DNA from: Phyllosticta citribraziliensis
Lineage: Eukaryota
Reading direction: 5' to 3'
NCBI RefSeq assembly: GCF_038025025.1
Contig: NW_027117346.1
Location: 1,426,001 to 1,490,000, forward strand
Length of the DNA: 64,000 bases
The notes beneath the pieces are model-generated. The model worked only from the letters and a program-made list of their open reading frames with translations. It did no database searches and was not told the DNA's origin. The position numbers were made by a program, and so were the translations under genes. Within the stretch, counting starts at the first letter, position 1, and each line of letters opens with the position of its first letter. This document shows, piece after piece, positions 37,320-49,743 of the stretch.

Positions 37320-37851
37320 GACTTGGGAGCATTCGTGACTTTTGGCAGTCCAGGTCAAGGATACCAACCTGCTGATTCCTGTGCACCACATAGCCCCAAA
37401 CCGATGGCGAGGCAAGCCTGTGCACTATTAGGATGCTAGAAAGGGAACAATCCAAGTACCTATGTACCTGGACGGCACTGGAGTAACAATATCTGGAGTT
37501 CTTGGAGTTGGATGTCCGACTCGGAGACGTAACTTCCCTTCCGCTTCCAGCGCACCCACAACACGAACAACAACCCTCCCAGCTGCCAACGCCAATCGCC
37601 ATCTCGTGGCAAGAAGGATCTCAACATGGCAATCCAAGAGACGAGCTGGCAATGGAGCGATGGTATTCAACACCATCAACCCACTCCAATGATCCAAGCT
37701 TACACGCACAGCGCTATGTCGAAACCTCGTCGACAGAGCCACGAGGGTCGTCCTCCGAAACACGCGACTTTCTCAGCGGCCCATCGCATTCCAGACGCTA
37801 GGCGAAGCTGGTGAATTCGTGAGTAAGAAGCTACCACTGCACAACTTCACC

Positions 37852-38437
37852 ATGCCACACCTTTACAACATGGATGAGGCCACTGCCTTTACCCACGTCA
37901 CGTGTGGCACGGCGAAGCGACTCAGAGATGAGGGCTACATCGCATACCCGGACAGCGAGGAGGAGCCTCTGGAAGTGCAGCAGCAGCCGCGGGAGCAGAG
38001 CAACTACAGAGCGCGTTCGCAGCTCATCGAAAGGGAAACGGAAATGTCCCCGAAGACGACGCCCGAGGCACAGTACTTGCAAGAGGAGAACAGGCAGCTC
38101 AAGGCCGAAAACGCGAGGCTCAAACTCCTCTGGGAGAATGCGCAGCTCAGGGCCGAAAACGCGCGCCTGCGCCAGTCTCTGGTCGACCAGACTCTCAAGG
38201 CTTCAATCGCAGCCTCCAGCACCATTGAAAGGGACTACGACTTGCTTTCGGAGCCAATCTCGGACCTGCAGGGCTTTGACACGATTCCAGCATCCCGCGC
38301 TGACTCGCAGACTGCAGAGCAGGTAAGCTTGCAAGGGCTCGCGATTGGATTTTGCTGACATGCACGTGAAGGACACATTGTCGGATACTAAGTTCGACAG
38401 TGCGTCAGCGAGTCTAGCTGAATGGTTGCCTCAGTAG
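37852..38437 (+). CDS. Hypothetical coiled-coil protein, 2 exons
   Basis: ATG 37852; duplicated heptad ENRQLKAENARL/ENAQLRAENARL; intron 38323-38371 (gtaagc...gctgac...aag); TAG 38435-38437. Confidence 0.5.
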
Positions 38438-40004
38438 ATTCCGGCCATTCTCGTACAAAGCGCCAGTACAGCATGATCAGCACAGTTTGAAAAGCAATGA
38501 AGCAGCGCGCTGCTAGCTCATACGGTTGCAAGCTGCGTCACTATCAGAACAAGGCCAAACACCAACACGATGGGTTTCACAGGAGATGTTTGCTAAGATT
38601 GATGTTGTGTTGCTCAATGAAGCCTGGAAGGAGCATGGAGCCACGCGTTAGTTCGCGAATGGGTTTGAAGTAGCTCGCGTGAGATAGCTAGGAGGCAGGT
38701 AGAGGGAAAACTATGGTTGAATCTACACTCTATCAGAGGTGAAGCCTTGTATGCTTCTCTCCCACAGTCGATGTCAAAAGAAATGATACTCTGGGCCAGT
38801 AGCTTCGTCCGCAGCAGTACACGAACGCTCCCTACGCCGAGGTGTAGCGCCGGGAATATTCATTTCTCTTGACGCACACCGTGTCCTATCTTGTCTTCCA
38901 GGCCTCTCTGTACGTTTGCACTGCCTATCGTTCACCTCATACGATCTGTCTCTGACGTGCTTCTTCAATGCGATTCTCAGGAAAAAGGCCACGCGAGAGC
39001 GGTAAACGGAAAGAAAAAGAATAGAGTTTGCCGGTCTCTTAAAGACCGGGTGGGTATCTTAGTGCTGCACTCAAGCCGAGGTATCAAGCAGTAAGCCAGC
39101 ACAAGAGCGAGATTCAAAAAGGGGGGCCCGGCGTGCATTCATGAGAGCAGAGAAGAAGAAGCAAAACAAACAAACGCAAGAAAGAAACGCTCGCCAAACT
39201 TAACACCACCATCAACCCAAAAACAGCCCGCAACCCAGAAGGCCCGCGAAACGAAAAAAAAGCCAAAACGAAGCAAAGCTCAGCAGCCGAGGTCCCAGTC
39301 TCTCTCAAGAGGAAGCTAAATACAAGACAGCGCATCGTCACACCCGCGCCTCGCCTCCCATCCACCCAAACGCCCAAAATCCCACCGCCTGGGCCCCACA
39401 CAAAGGAAAAAAGGTGCAGCGACGCGCAATTTCTACCTTCTCGCCAAAAATCCACTAGTCTAAAATCCGCAATAAGTCTTCCGATTCGGCTGGGCGACCG
39501 CCGCTGGCTCAATTCTTTTTGTCCGGGTCTGAGTTCGACTCCGGGCCTGGGTGATTCTTTTTGCTCTTTATTTTGCTGCACTGGTCGCCAACTGCTTGAA
39601 AATATTGAAAGGTGCCCAGGGCGAAATCTTTCAATGGCATATGCTGTGAGATTTTGCTCAGAAATTGCTCCGAGAATGTTTGTGTGGAAAGATCGAGGCC
39701 CTTGAAAGGAATTGAACGGACGACTGAAGAGAAAGGAAAAGGCCGGCAGCAGAGACTGCAGTTTGTCAAACAAACAAGGTCACAGTGGCAAAGTTCCACT
39801 CGTAACAACGTCGTCCTGGACATTTGCAAGATGGACCGAATGCCGAGTCAACCGCGATCCAGCCAAGGGTCGACGTAACGTTGGAGTCGTACAGACATCG
39901 CCATTGCCGAGATCGACGTGTCCCTGACAAGTGCGCCGTATGACTGGGACGACCGAGAGGGTCAGCACGTGGTGGAGGGGAAAGGTGGAGAGAGACCAGC
40001 GCGT

Positions 40005-40216
40005 CACAGTGGGTGTCAATAGAAATGAGGCTCTCCCGGTCTGTCTGCCGTAACAAACGACCACTTCCTAAGCGCATGTATAGGTATATGAATGCTCCTT
40101 AAATATAGGTAGAGTAGTAAATAAATGCTCCTTAGGCGCAGGCGAAGCAGTAAATGAACGCTCCCTAGATACACTTGTATTGCCAGGAGTTGTAATTTCT
40201 TTCGACACCCACTGTG
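40005..40216. mobile_element. MITE copy 1 (212 bp), 22-bp TIRs starting CACAGTG, 4-bp TSD GCGT
   Basis: Ends cacagtgggtgtcaatagaaat ... atttctttcgacacccactgtg; gcgt at 40001-40004 and 40217-40220; second copy at 58937. Confidence 0.93.
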
Positions 40217-41810
40217 GCGTGGTCAAGATGTCAACGTGGGATCCGTATCGCCTTGGCCCAGATTCAGGCCGAAGACTCGCTGACACGTGAATCGCAGGGC
40301 TGAGACGATTCCAAGGAGCTTTCGAAACGAAACGATAGATCTGCGACGGCGACACCGACGAAGGGGAGAGGTGGAGAGGGAGGTGAGGTTGAGGGTGGGC
40401 GGTGAGTGCGGCTAGCACAAAGGGGGCAAAAGAGAGGCGCTGAGCCACACCGAGCAGCCACACAGGGCAGCCACGGCCTTGATACGAGCGCGAAACCGTC
40501 ACCCGAGTCCCGAAGTCTCAACACCGTCACATCATTCGTGAGGTCAAGGCCAGTCCCGGTCCCGTCTCCTCCACCTCACTGCAGTCATGACGCACCATCC
40601 CCACGACCGAGCCGCCTGCCTCGCTTCAGCCCGGCCGACGGATGCGGCCTGCCTCGTCGGCCTCAAAAAGCAACAATCGTCAACCGAAACCTCGTGTGTG
40701 CCGAGATCGCCAGGTACGAGCGCTCGTCAGGTGACCTGACCCTCGCAGTATCGACACTTTGACACCCGTCTGTACCGAGGAGCCAATTTCCACAATTGCG
40801 ATCGGCCGAAAAAGCCTTGCGGCTGCTGTGGTGCCAAAAATACGCCGTCCGCAGCAGTCGAGGGCGGCAACCTCTCGCGACCGTCTCGAGAGAGGGAACG
40901 GAAGGAAACAAAGCCTCGTGGGATTGCATTGCATCGGACTCCTCCCGACGCCAACCTCACGTCACGCAAGACGTAGCCAACCACGTTGCGCACGCCGGGG
41001 CCGTTTGTTGCGTAGGCAGCCTCCACAGTGATGCCTCTTCCCCTTCGGCCATGGGCGTAGCCGGGCTTCTGCGCTGCGCCTCTACCTTGGCCCCTCCGCC
41101 GTCGGCTCTCTCTCGTTTGCGCCGCCCCGTCTTGCCCGATGCAGCATCCACATTGCCAGGCACGGCAACTTGGTCGGCGGATGGGCGGCCGTCAGCCTCA
41201 GCCGTGGCTAGTGGGCTCTATTATCAGCACCCGAAGGCCGTGCTGCACATCTATACACTGTACTGCCGCACCGCAGCGCCGCAACACCATGGACACAGAC
41301 ACTCAAGATTCACGATCTGGCTACTGCTCTACCTCTACTCTTTCCAAATCAAGTTTTGCTCTACTCGTATAAAGTTTTGACTGATCACGATGTTCGACTT
41401 CACTCTTCGGCGTCACCGACAACCCTCTCCCTCTCGATCCCCATCTCCTCCACCAGAGCGCTCGCGCTTCTTCTCTTCGTCTTGGTGGCCGTTGGACTTG
41501 ATAACAGCTTCTTCTCTCGTCCAGTCCGTCTCCGACTTATTTATTTCTCTATTCGACCTGTCGTTGCAATTCACCATTGCCCTCTTCAGCATTTTTGAAT
41601 AGCTCGACTACCTCTTTACCGGACCTCATCAACACCACTTGTCCCTTGCATCAGAACGCGCGGCACCAGCAACCAATCGCCACGACTTCCGCGTCATCCT
41701 TGGACCAGGAAGAAACATTTCAATTGCAGTCCGCGTCAGCTTTCAAGACTGTTTTTTTGGAGATCGAGTACCTCAGCACTCAAGATCAACAACACATCAC
41801 CAACCTCACC

Positions 41811-41969
41811 ATGTGTATCCGAATTGTCGAGCAATACGCCGCTTGCGGTTGCGTCTACCATGTGCACGCCGTCGACGCCTGCGCCGCTGTTGGAAGACAT
41901 GCCGTTCAAGACAAGGTCATCCACGTTGGGTACACCTGTGCGAACCACTCTGGCGGCAGCGGCAAATGA
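41811..41969 (+). CDS. Small 52-aa Cys/His-rich protein
   Basis: ACC-ATG context after a C/A-rich leader; MCIRIVEQYAACGCVYHVHAVDAC...VGYTCANH with C-ending codon bias; resembles a small conserved Pezizomycotina family from recall. Confidence 0.7.
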   Translation: MCIRIVEQYAACGCVYHVHAVDACAAVGRHAVQDKVIHVGYTCANHSGGSGK

Positions 41970-43089
41970 TCAAACACCTCCGACTCGGGATTCGAATCGC
42001 AAGAGTCAAAACCAGGAAGAGATACTCTCGCTCTACCTGACCAATGGACGACCTGAGCCTATTCGACCACTGGACTATACCAAGCGGTCCAATGAAACGC
42101 TACACCATCCTCGGACGGACCTCAGCACAGACTCCACAAGCGACGCACTGGGGACGAATGACGCAGGGTCTTGCCCCACAGACCACCAACCCGACCACCA
42201 AAGACGCCTTCAACACTCGTTCGAGCCCAGCAAAGCAGGCCTTTGCTCAAAAGCGCTCTCACCGCAACCCTCAACTCGCCCCTCTTTCAACTATTAGTCG
42301 CTCTCCTGGCTGGCCCAGGACATGTACGCACGGAGGAGGCGTTGTCATGGAGGTAGGCGGCCGGTCCGCCTGCCTCAACGGATCTTTTGATTGAAGGGGA
42401 GCATCGGGTCCGTGATGTGGACGGAGGATCGAGATGAAGAGGGAGAGACACTTCCCGTCAGGGGGCATGGAGCATCCGCAAGCGAGAGTGGTCAACCATT
42501 AATTGGAGATGGGAAGCGCATGGGTGGTGAATAGGATAGATGGTCGGTTGGTGTGTTGGTTGGGTCAATTTTGTCGTTGTCGTTTGGCTTTTTCTGTTTT
42601 TGTTGCGCAAGATCCAAAGATACCCCACGATATAACCCACATAAATAGCTTTTCATGGCGGGCAAAAAAACGTCAAATCTACATGTAGTGAGCACCCTTT
42701 GCCGTGAAGTGACTTGCTTGTCCGCTTCCTACACGTACCTTACTTGCTCCCTCCTTTGATGAACTCAGCCACTTCGATCGTGGCTCAGGGGTCGCTTGCT
42801 TGCGTACGTCTTCATCCCTTGCTGCGATGATGAACCTGCCCCATCTGCTCCCCACTGCCCTCGTCCGCAACGCATGGATGCTCCTCATGTGCGTCCCACG
42901 AGTGAAGTCCAGCCAAGCAAGTAGACCTAGCGGCACCGCGAAATCATCAGCCCTTCTTCATCATCTCGCGTCCCTCACCCCGACTTTTAACTATGCCCAG
43001 CTTCTCCTTCACACAGCCATTACAGCCAAAGCAGTTTACCAGTGAATGCATTACTCATCAATACCGACACCAATGTCAATGTCAATCTG

Positions 43090-43446
43090 TCCCGTCCAGT
43101 CCAGTCCAGTCCAGTCCGTCGTCACACATCTCTCTCTGTTTGCGCCGTGCACCCGAACCATGCAACTAACCAACTGACCAACCAACAAATCAACCCAACG
43201 ACCCAATCAACCCCGGCTGCTCGCATAGATACGTGAACAGCTTTCATCCTACTCGTCCCTCCCTGTCTCAGCGCACTCGCTCACTCGTTGACTGACTGAT
43301 TGCCTCCATTCCCGGACGACTCGGCCGGTTGAGTCTGCCTGGCTGGCATCTACGACAAGGAGAGAGGGAAGGAGAGAGAGAGAGGGAAGGAGAGATGGGG
43401 GAGAAAAGGGAGAAAGCTGCACAGCAATAGCAGCAGCAGCAGCAGC
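43090..43446. repeat. Microsatellite-rich region: (TCCAG)n, GA-rich tract, (GCA)n
   Basis: gtccagtccagtccagtccagtcc near 43095; gagagaggga-type repeats 43360-43410; (gca)n 43430-43446. Lies downstream of the MATH-UCH gene. Confidence 0.7.
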
Positions 43447-43646
43447 TCGACAACCAAAAGAACGCCCTGCTCCATCCAGTCCATCCATCCGTCCGTTCGT
43501 CCGTCCGTCAATCCGATCCAGTCCTTCATCAATTCATCGATCCCTTCCGCAACAGTATGACTGCTACTCTTCGTTCCTCTGATAAACATCCCCTTCCCCT
43601 GATTTCCCCCACCACCACCACCACCACCACCACTCTACCGCCCCTC

Positions 43647-46600
43647 TCAATTGCCGAAGAACAACCTCATAGCGCTCAGCACCCTGCGGCGACAGACCGG
43701 ACACGCATCCACGCGCCTGGCGCAATTCAAACAAGCGACGACATGGCCGCAATCGTAGAAAGCGGCATCGGCCGGGTCCTCCCAGCAGATGCGGCACAGG
43801 CGCTCCACCTCCTGCGCCTGGCGCCAGTGCGTGACGCCCTCGCCGAAGCGCTTGCCCGCGCGCCAGCCGCCGTGGTACGCGTTGCCCGTGGCGCGCTCGA
43901 CGAGCGACCCCACGCCGTGCGGCGCGTCGGCCGCCCACGCGCCCGTGTACACGTCGCCGTTGGCGAAGGTGAGCGAGCCGCAGGCGCCCTGGCGCTCGCC
44001 GAGGCAGAATGGGCCCGAGTAGTGCGAGCCGTCGAAGTAGATGCGGCGGCCGTGGCCGTGGGGCCGCCCGTTGCGGAGCAGGCCGACGTAGTGCTCGCTG
44101 CTGAAGTAGTCGAGGGTGAAGTGGCCGGTGAGGGGCGGCGTCGTGCGCGTGGCAAAGCGGGCGCGGAGGGCGTGCTGGACGGCGTCGTCGGCGCTGGTGA
44201 AGAGGCCGGCGCTGGCGAGCGAGGAGCGCGATGATGAGGGGAGTACGACGTTGGCGATGAGGACGGCAGGTGACACGATGCTGGTTTGGCCAAAGGTTGT
44301 TGTTGGACGTAGGCTCAGCTTGCCAGAGCGTGTTGCGAGGATTTCGGCCTCGTCCCATAGCTCGAGCGCCGTTGACGCGTCCCAGCCGAGAATCTTGCGG
44401 ATGCTGGCTTCGACACGATCGTTGAATTTCACTACAAAGCTGCTGTGAGCCTTGAGGGTGGATGCTTCGGCGTCAAACACTTTGAGCATAACATATGTCT
44501 CGCCTCTCGGGTTGACATTGGCGCTGAACCAAGCATACGGATCTTTGGGATTCGCCGGGGTGGTAGGAGAATCACGCTTGGGATTTTGAGGAGCTTGCGA
44601 AGACGTCAGTAGGGCTTGCGGAGGAGGCGGCAGCGGAGGGAGCATTCCTGTGCCACTTGATTCGGAATTGTATTCCTCGATGCGTGTCGCCGCAATTCCG
44701 AATTCCAGCTGCAGGCGGCTCCTGGCGACTTCTTGGGCAGCGGCCTGCTGATCTCCCTCCAATTGGTGGTGCAAACGCGCAGCCTGTGCCGCCAGTCCTT
44801 CGGTGATAACAAGATCCATATTTTCATTGACGTCGTCTTCGCGATCACTCATTGGCGTATCCTCTGCCGAGTCTTGCCCATCGTCCGAAGAACTACTGCT
44901 TTTCTGCGTGTCGCGGGGGACATCGTCTTCCTTTGCAATGTGAGCCCAGATCCACCTCCCCGGCGTCTTCTCCAGGCTGTCTTCGAATTGAGTCCTTCGC
45001 ATCCAAGGGTCAGACGGTCGCGGGCAGTGGGGGGCCTCCCCGCTGACCATGCGCTTCAATACCGGGCGGTAGGCACTGCCTTCAGCATAGTCCATGGACC
45101 AAAAGTTGATGCGTCTCGCGTCCTCGATTCCAAACTCGTCAGCCAGTGCATGGCGAATACGGTTGACCGAGTCGTTTGAAGAAAACTGAAGCGTCCTGAC
45201 GCATTCGGACGTGGCCCATTTTGAATCTGTCGGGTCAATGACTCCTGGACCTTCGTGCTGATCAAAGGCTGTTGAAAGAAAGACCTTGTACTCTTGTGGC
45301 TTGTTTGATAGGGGCAAGTCAACCTCCGTGTCGGAATCGTCGTGGGGTAGCCAATCCGGAATATCCCAAGTACTCTCCTCCTTGCTGAATTGCTTGTGCA
45401 CAATGTCTTGCCGAATGTACAGAAGAATGTAAGCAACGGCAGACTTTTCTGACCCTCCGCCTTCGTGTTTGTCGATGGCTTGTTGCTTGGTTATGCAGGC
45501 CACGCGACTGTCCTTGTCATCGTAGTGCGCATACCATTTGGTTCCAGGGCCGCGTGGGCGGACCACCGCATAGTAACAGCCCGACTGCAAGCTGTCTCGG
45601 TGTGCGATGAACCCGTGAAGAATGTATGGTGTTCTGTTGGCGGTGATGCGGTCCAGTATCTTGACCTTGTCTGCCAACTTCTTCACGGAACGCTGACCCT
45701 CGTCAAATTCCTGGCGTTCCAGCTCAATGTGCAGCAATTCTGGAGGGGGGGCCGTCGGATCTATCAAATCGCGCGCCTTGTCCACAGCGGCCTGTACATC
45801 TCCACAACCCTTGATGGCGGCACGATACGTCGGCGTATTGAGCGTACGATCCCTCTCTGGACCAAATATCGAGTCGAGTCGACCCTCCAAAGGCGTGCCC
45901 CGAAGCTCAATCTCTAGCTTTGCTCTCAAGACTTCCCAAACTTCAATGACGTCCATCTTTTCAAAGCAATGAGTCTCGCCGTACCATTCCAGGGCCATGG
46001 CAACGTATTCGAGGTCAATCGGCTCGCGCTTTCCGTTCCACGGTGCGCATCGCATCTTGTACACAGTGCGTATCAAGGCTGTAAGAAGCGGCTTGGGAGT
46101 TGCGCGAGCCTCGCGCTCTGGGTGGGGGATATGAGCACTGTACAGGAATTGGCGAAAAGGTTTGAACGTGAGCCAAGGCCAGATGGCAGCGAGCAGGCCA
46201 CTGGAGTTGGCACACATGCTGTGGAGGCCGGTCATGGCAAAACTGTCCCACGAGTTTTCTCCGCTGTGGTGTTCCCAGAGACACTCGGTCGCGTCGTTGA
46301 CAGTCCGGATGTAGGCTCGAAAGGCAAGAGTGTCGTTGCGAAGCAGCGCTTGCCGCTGTCCTCGATGGCGGTAGTGGATTTCGTAGTGTGGGCCGTGGAA
46401 ACGTGTCCAGCCCCAGTCGGGCGAGTCTGGGCAGAACCTGTGAGCGCAGGAACGGTAAAAGTTGACGCGCGGCTCGTTGGGATTGTACAAAACAACCGCT
46501 ACCTGCGCTGCGACGCTGGGGCGCTTCGGGATTTTGGTGTCTCCAAGCAAAGGGATGGGCGTGGATCGGTACTCTACAGAACCAGAATTCGAGCTTTGCG

Positions 46601-47760
46601 GTTGGCCGGTTGAGCTTGATGACGGGGTTTGGGGACCGCTTTTGTGGGATTCTGGAGTCTTCTTCTTCTTGACTGACAGGCATTCGACGTAAATGCTCAG
46701 AGAGTCAGTATCGTTTCCACGTGGATAAAATTTGATTTGCCAATCGTATCCCGCAACCCGAGCCACCGGCGACTTCATGACGAGCTCCTTGTTTGGGTTT
46801 TCTTTGGTTCCATTGAAATTGTTGACCGTCCACTCCAGCCTCCCGCTCGGACCTGGCTTGTATTCTGGGTCGTCTAGCTCAACGAAGGTTTTGGCCTCCC
46901 AGTGTGCATCTAAAAGTGGTTAGCACAGCATCAGCATGATGTTGGAAAGCCTTACGGTCGTGAGCGCTGAATTCTTCCGCCGCCTCAATCTCCTTGATTT
47001 CAACCTCGTCTGGGGCCGAGCGATCTTCTCCCATCTCGTGCCAACGAGGCGCGTCCTCGTCATCCGACGACTCATCCGGCTCCATGACGGAGCCCTCTTC
47101 ACGTGGAGAATCAGAGGGACCAGGTGGTGGAGGAAGGACGACTGGAGGAGGCGGAAGCGATGTTGGGGGCGGGGTTGAAGGATGCACTCCCGGATAGCCC
47201 ATGCTGTCTACCGAGCTGCCATGAGAGTTGACGCGCACCAGCCGCGGAGCTCCCAGAGGTTCTTCTATTTGCGGTGGCGGAGGCGGCGGTGGGACAACAG
47301 CCGACTGTGGGGTTGTCGCAGAGACGGTATTTGACGATGAAGCGTCAGCAAAGGCAAGAGCGCCAGGAGAATCTGGAGTGGTGTCCATGGCGTCGTGATC
47401 TACAGGCGCGGGCGGCGGTGCATTTGTGCTTGTCGGATTGAGGTTGAAGACGTTTGCCGTCGACATGTCCATTTCGTCGGCTGAATCGGCTGGAGGAAGA
47501 CCTTGGTGGAGAGCGCCATCAAAGCTGTCCATGGAATCCTCCTCCATTTCCGAATCCTCACTTTCACTGGATTGTACGTGTGCGTTGGCACTCATGTGGG
47601 AGTCGTTTGCAGGTGGGCGCGGAGAGGTCGGAGCAGAAGGGGATCGAGGGCTTTGGGAGCCGTTTTGTGAAAAGGCGTGGAAGACGGGCGGCGAGGGTGA
47701 GCGTTGTCCAAAGAGCAGAGGAGGAGGATCGACGCTGGCGGAGCTGGTGGTGACGCTCAT
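43647..47760 (-). CDS. MATH + degenerate USP(UCH) + MORN repeats + C-terminal RING (C3HC4) protein, 2 exons
   Basis: Intron 46910-46955. MATH (WQIKFYPRGN, DWGWTRF); USP-like (LHIELERQEFD, YILLYIR); MORN (YTGAWAADAPHGVG); RING CRICW...CGHVVACLNC...CPVCR. Confidence 0.9.
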
Positions 47761-48583
47761 GGTCGGGGCACGTCAGTGCGCGGCGGGCCGGCGCGGTGTG
47801 GGGGACGACGGCGGCAGTGCGAGGTGTGGAGCAGATGGTGGCGATGGTTTTGCAATGATTGCGGACGTTTGCCAGAACAATCAGGACCAGGGAGATGGCG
47901 GTTGGATGCAGACAGTAGGTGAGAGCAGTGCGGATAGGCGGCGGGTGGTGAGGTGGTACTGGTATGCATGTACAGCAGCAAGCACAGGCACGCGCGCAGG
48001 GCAGGGCAGGGCAGGGCGGGGCAGGGCAGGGCGAGTTTGGTTGCCGTCGGCAGAGGAGGTTGAATGGCCTGGTATTGAGGTCAAAGAGTAGAGGATCGGA
48101 ATGGTTCTGGCAGAGGGAGGGTTTGGGCAGGGTGAGGTAGGGTGCAGGCATGAGACGGGTAGCGGGAGCGGTGCGGTAGCATATATTCCAGTCGCAGCCT
48201 CAGCTTTTCCATTGGAGCTTAGCTCCATGTCTGCTCGACTTAGCTTGCAGGGGGTGACTAATTGGTGATGACTCGCTCGCTCCCCACTCCCGTCCCTGCA
48301 ACTCTCGTCTCTGCCTGTTAGGTTGGCGTTGGCGTTGGCTGCTCCACCGGTCAACAGTACAGTCAACACATCCAACACAACAAACCCTCCCTTCTGCCTT
48401 GTCTTCGCCCTGTCATGTGGCGCCTCGACTCGTACCAACCGTTGGGCCCCGCCACGGCATTGCCTCCCCATGCCAGTCTCACCCTCAGCCCTCGTGAAAC
48501 GCCCATGGCCGGCTGTTGTCTGAACGCTCCTTACCATGTCGTTCGTTTCCCTTGTTTCGACCTGCTCTGCTATCTGATCGATG

Positions 48584-49743
48584 CTAATCCGCCCGCGATG
48601 CCTTTGCAAACGTCGCCGCCACAATCATTGGAAACACCACCGTCGCCTCGGCGTACACCTTGACGCTGTCGCCATCCGCTCTGATCTTCCCCCAACTCAC
48701 GGCCTCGTCTGGCCGTGCCCCTGCGTCGCTGCCGTCAAACTCCTGCGCCGTGTTGATGTATACGGCGCTCTCGGCCCCGTTGCGCATCAGGTTGGCGTTG
48801 GCAATGTGGTGCTTGACTATGCCGCCGCCCAGGATAATCATGCCCGTGCGCTTGGCGCGAACAGCCAACGTGTTGATGCGCCGAATGTCTTGGACAATGT
48901 CAATCCGCAATTGCTGCGGGCTCGCTTTGAACGTGTGGAAATACAGCATGTCGCCCAGCGAGCCGTCTGTCAGGGCCGGGCAAAACACGGGAATGTCGTT
49001 CTTCCACGCCCAGTAGTAGACGCTCCGCTCGTCGTTGATTTCCTTGCCCAAGCGCGCAATGACTTTGCTGGGAGTCCAGTTGATGGGCTCCTCGTCGTCC
49101 TTGGTCGCCTCTTGCTCGGCCAGCATGGCGTCGAGAATGGGCACGACCCAATCCTCAAAGGCACAATAGTTGGAGTTTGGCACAAGCAGGTTGCCAATGC
49201 GATTCATGCCCTTTGCGCGCAGATCGGCTCCGCGCGTGTGGAACGAGCCCAGGTACGTGGGCGCCAGGCATTTGATAAAGTCCTCCTCGACGCCACCGGC
49301 CGTCGTCACAATGGCCGACACGTGCCGGTGCTGGACCAGGTAGCGCAGCGTCTCGCGCAGGCCTGACGAGATGAGGTTGGACGTGTAGCCGAGGAAAATG
49401 GTGGTGCCCTCGCCCGTCTCGGGATCGCGCCAGGTTCGCTGCAAGTTCAAGGTCAGGTGATGGAAGTAGAAGAGGTTCTCAATTGGCTGCGCACCATGCT
49501 CTCGATGACGCGCACGGCCTGTCCTACCGACGTTGCCTGGAAGCCCATGGTCTCCATGCCCGCGACCAGGTCTTCGACGGTGATGGAGCGGCCGCTGCGC
49601 GCATAGTCGTCAAACTCGATGCCCTTGACTTGGCGAGCGCCTTCGGGCACGGGGTCAGACGGCTTGAGCACAGCATCTGTGGCGGTGGAAGGGGCGTTTG
49701 CCGGGGCTGTGGTGGGCGGAGGATTTGCGCTCGGGGACGACAT
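48584..49743 (-). CDS. DYS1: Deoxyhypusine synthase, 2 exons
   Basis: [39 protein letters not shown] and [19 protein letters not shown]; intron 49439-49494. Confidence 0.97.

Noticed and set aside
39781..39800. Third MITE end (cacagtggc...)
   Set aside because: Matches only the first 8 bp of the TIR; no partner end or TSD.
40005..40216. Standard mimp/Tc1-mariner MITE with TA TSD
   Set aside because: Both copies have CA/TG rather than TA outside CAGTGGG...CCCACTG, with perfect 4-bp duplications beyond.
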